Of a DNA stretch of 64,000 nt, positions 61,401 to 64,000 are shown piece after piece. A program made the position numbers and the translations under genes. Under the pieces are notes generated by a model. It worked only from the letters and a program-made list of their open reading frames with translations. It did not search any database and had not been told where the DNA came from. Origin of the DNA: Orbicella franksi (Eukaryota); the NCBI GenBank assembly GCA_964199315.1, contig OZ116707.1, positions 4,650,001 through 4,714,000 of the forward strand, written 5' to 3'. Positions within the stretch are counted from its first letter, which is position 1. Every line of letters begins with the position of its first letter.

Positions 61401-62539
61401 CTGTGCTATCAATAGGCATGACTGACAATGCATTTCAAACATATGACAATTTCTCAACATTGTGACCTTTGTAAAAGTTCTCTAAAAGGTTTGTTCCATT
61501 GCTTATTACTTTCTGCAGAGTGTTTGCAATCCTGTTTCTCCATGGACTTTCGTTTGCCCCCCGTTCTTCCCTTACCTGTGCTGCTGCTGAAATTATTTAC
61601 AGGGCTATGGTCATGCCTGTGTTTACTTACTGATATTTATCCACACTTAGCTGCTCAAATTCTTGCAAGCAACAAACTTATAACATCCAACATTGAGACC
61701 TGAGTAGCATAGCTTCAGGACTTGAAAATATGAACATTTGGATTCCATCAGTTGACAGCTATTTGAAAAGAAAATTGTGTGTTTGTGTTTTTTACTACCT
61801 ACAAGCAATGTATGCACACCTTCTAAAATTAAGTGATGAGGAAAAATCACGACTTCGACAGCAGAAACAGACTTTCTTCAGTCGAACTTCCCAAAATTTA
61901 AACTGGAGTTTTGTCTGTAGAAGTTTTTCTTTTTTAGGTGTTTTAAATGATAATAGTTTGCAATCAGAAGTAAGCAATAGAATGAGACTTTCATTTTGAC
62001 AAAAGGTCAACACAAATTTGTTTTGTTGTTGTTGTTATTATTATTATTACTATTATTATGTAAATCTTTTAAGTCTTGCTCTTTTCACTTATGTACTCTA
62101 TCTTGGCAAGTTCAGGACCTCCAGAGACAAGGTGGTCAACTGACTCTTGAAATTACTCACACATTCTGCACTTTGGGTGGGTACCATCTGTCAGCGGTAG
62201 TGGTAGCGGTAGCAGTAGTGGTATTGTCAATATTATTATCATTATTACTATGTTTTGGATATTGAGTGTAAATTCTGGGAGAAACGTATACTCGGAAAAA
62301 ATTAGAGTCACAGATATCATGTTGTTGTTTCTCTGTTAGTATACAAACTTGGGATGTTGGTTGGATGCATCTTGATATGCCCTAAAGTGACAGTGTGATG
62401 CTGTTAGTGAGTTCATGAGTCTGCAGTACGTGGCTGTGTAGCCATGCGATACAGTTCCAGTTGATACCCAGTTTGACTCTTGCTCACCATAGAGTCTTGC
62501 CTCCTATGTGAAGCTTGCCTCATATGTGAATGAACTCCT

Positions 62540-62880
62540 GAGATTAAATAATAGTTTACATTGTCCAAATGGCAGCACTTTCGGTATAAGGACATGGTTG
62601 CTCGAACACAGCTAGCAGCCCTTGACCACAGCCAACACCAGCAAAAACCATGCCACTGCTTCAAGGGGAGACAACAAGGGAGAGCTTCATTTCAAGGTGT
62701 TCTTCCCCAAAAGAAGTAGAGAGTGGATTGCTAAATCAATCATAGAGAAGACAACAAAGGATTGTGTACAGCCATGGCTGGATGCAATTGTCAAAAGAAA
62801 GAATCAAGATGCTGCTGAAAGAAGTGCCACTCTCACAGCACCACATATTCTACGCAACATTGCTTGCACCACTTGACCAG
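62540..62880 (+). pseudogene. Kolobok-like transposase C-terminal remnant
   Basis: KWQHFRYKDMVARTQLAALDH and FPKRSREWIAKSIIEKTTKDCVQPWL, split by a frameshift. Confidence 0.5.
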
Positions 62881-63842
62881 ATAAAGCAGATGTGATTGCA
62901 AGGCACACATCTAGATTTTCTGATACTTGAATGAATTTGATGCAATGGTCATTGAAGGGCTTTGGGCAATGTGTTCACTCACTCAGGTATTTTTTCATAC
63001 ACGTACACCAAAAAAATACTTACCTTTTTGGTGGTTTGCTCTGGGAAAAAATATTTTCCTTTAAATTTCATATCCAACTGTTGCCAAGTTTAGTTTAATT
63101 AATTAAAGCAATCATGTTGGTGTGCTGAACAATACATGTATAATAACAGGCCAGTTTGCCCATCAGCCCTTCAACAAATATTACTGCTATTATTATTAGT
63201 TTTTTTCACTAGAAATGGTTTAATTTGATCAAGACTACATGTGGTATACACTTGTAAGAGCTTCAATATATTTCAACACAAGAAAAAATGCCCAAACAAA
63301 AGTCTTTCATAAAAGCATTGCTTGCAAACTGCTTTGTAACTACATAAAGCAATAGTAAAAAATTAAAAAACACTGAATAACATGTACTTATTTCAAATAG
63401 GCAAGAGCAAGGTCATATATCAAATGATCAAAATACTTGTGATCATGGATGATTAAAATTATTTTTTCAGAGAAAATGTCAGACAAGTAAAAATTGTAAA
63501 GCCACAATTTTTTTGAAAGACATGCCATCCAATCTATACATTGAACACAACAGCAAGCAATACATTTCATTCAAATTTCAAATCAACATTAACTCAGAAC
63601 AAACCATGCATATTGTGCTTAATCATGCTATTAATTATGTATTTCTAAGGTGAATTGAACTTGTTGAAAATCCCAAGAAAATAATAAAAGAACCAGTTCA
63701 CTACTGGAAAATAAAACTGTTCAATTTTCGAGATCAATATAAGGGTATTAGTCAAAGCCAAGTACTGTTTTTGCAATTATAAATTGGCAGAAAACCAACA
63801 TTAATAAAGCATGCTAAAATCTATGATTGTTTGTCTTCAAAT

Positions 63843-64000
63843 TTAGTTTAACTCAATATCTGCTGCTTTGAATCCCACATATTCACCACTTTCCTCTGGA
63901 AATTCCTTTCTAATTGCTTTCACCACGCAGGGTGGAATCACTTGGTGTTTTCTTTCTTCCCAGTATGCCATGAGTCCACCAATTAAACTGACAGTAGACT
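63843..64000 (-). pseudogene. P2X7 ballast-like / KolX protein C-terminal fragment (runs off the window)
   Basis: Reverse strand reads YCQFNWWTHGILGRK (frameshift) QVIPPCVVKAIRKEFPEESGEYVGFKAADIELN*, matching the YRQF..W..G.LG...VIP.C.V..IR..FP...G.Y.GF pattern. Confidence 0.7.

Overview
AT-rich animal genomic DNA with GT-AG introns and no recognisable intact host gene; a cnidarian (coral-like) origin is my inference. The window is almost entirely a nested pile of transposable elements. From left to right: small MITE-like repeats; a Crypton-type DUF3504 tyrosine-recombinase (YR) element with an open 499-aa ORF and terminal hairpins (3.7-5.9 kb); a full-length Sola3 DNA transposon with TTAA target site duplication (TSD) and ~500-bp terminal inverted repeats (TIRs) (6915-15021); degenerate transposase remnants (18-24 kb); a 5'-truncated L2-type LINE; and a multi-exon Mutator-like transposase pseudogene (29.7-60.7 kb). 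That pseudogene is interrupted by a CACTA/EnSpm element (itself carrying a Ty3/Gypsy provirus with a palindromic 3' end), a TA-MITE and a piggyBac. The window ends with hAT and Kolobok remnants. The most unusual region is a ~10.5-kb insertion inside the piggyBac (47190-57732). It carries a Rap1/TERF2IP-like Myb gene and a convergent zinc-finger YR gene. Both 3' regions share a mirror-image module: a cluster of UGUA(A/U)AUA (Pumilio-type) motifs, a 51-nt structured motif, a U5 tract and an HDV-like ribozyme fold. All structures were read by eye; no searches or folding programs were run.
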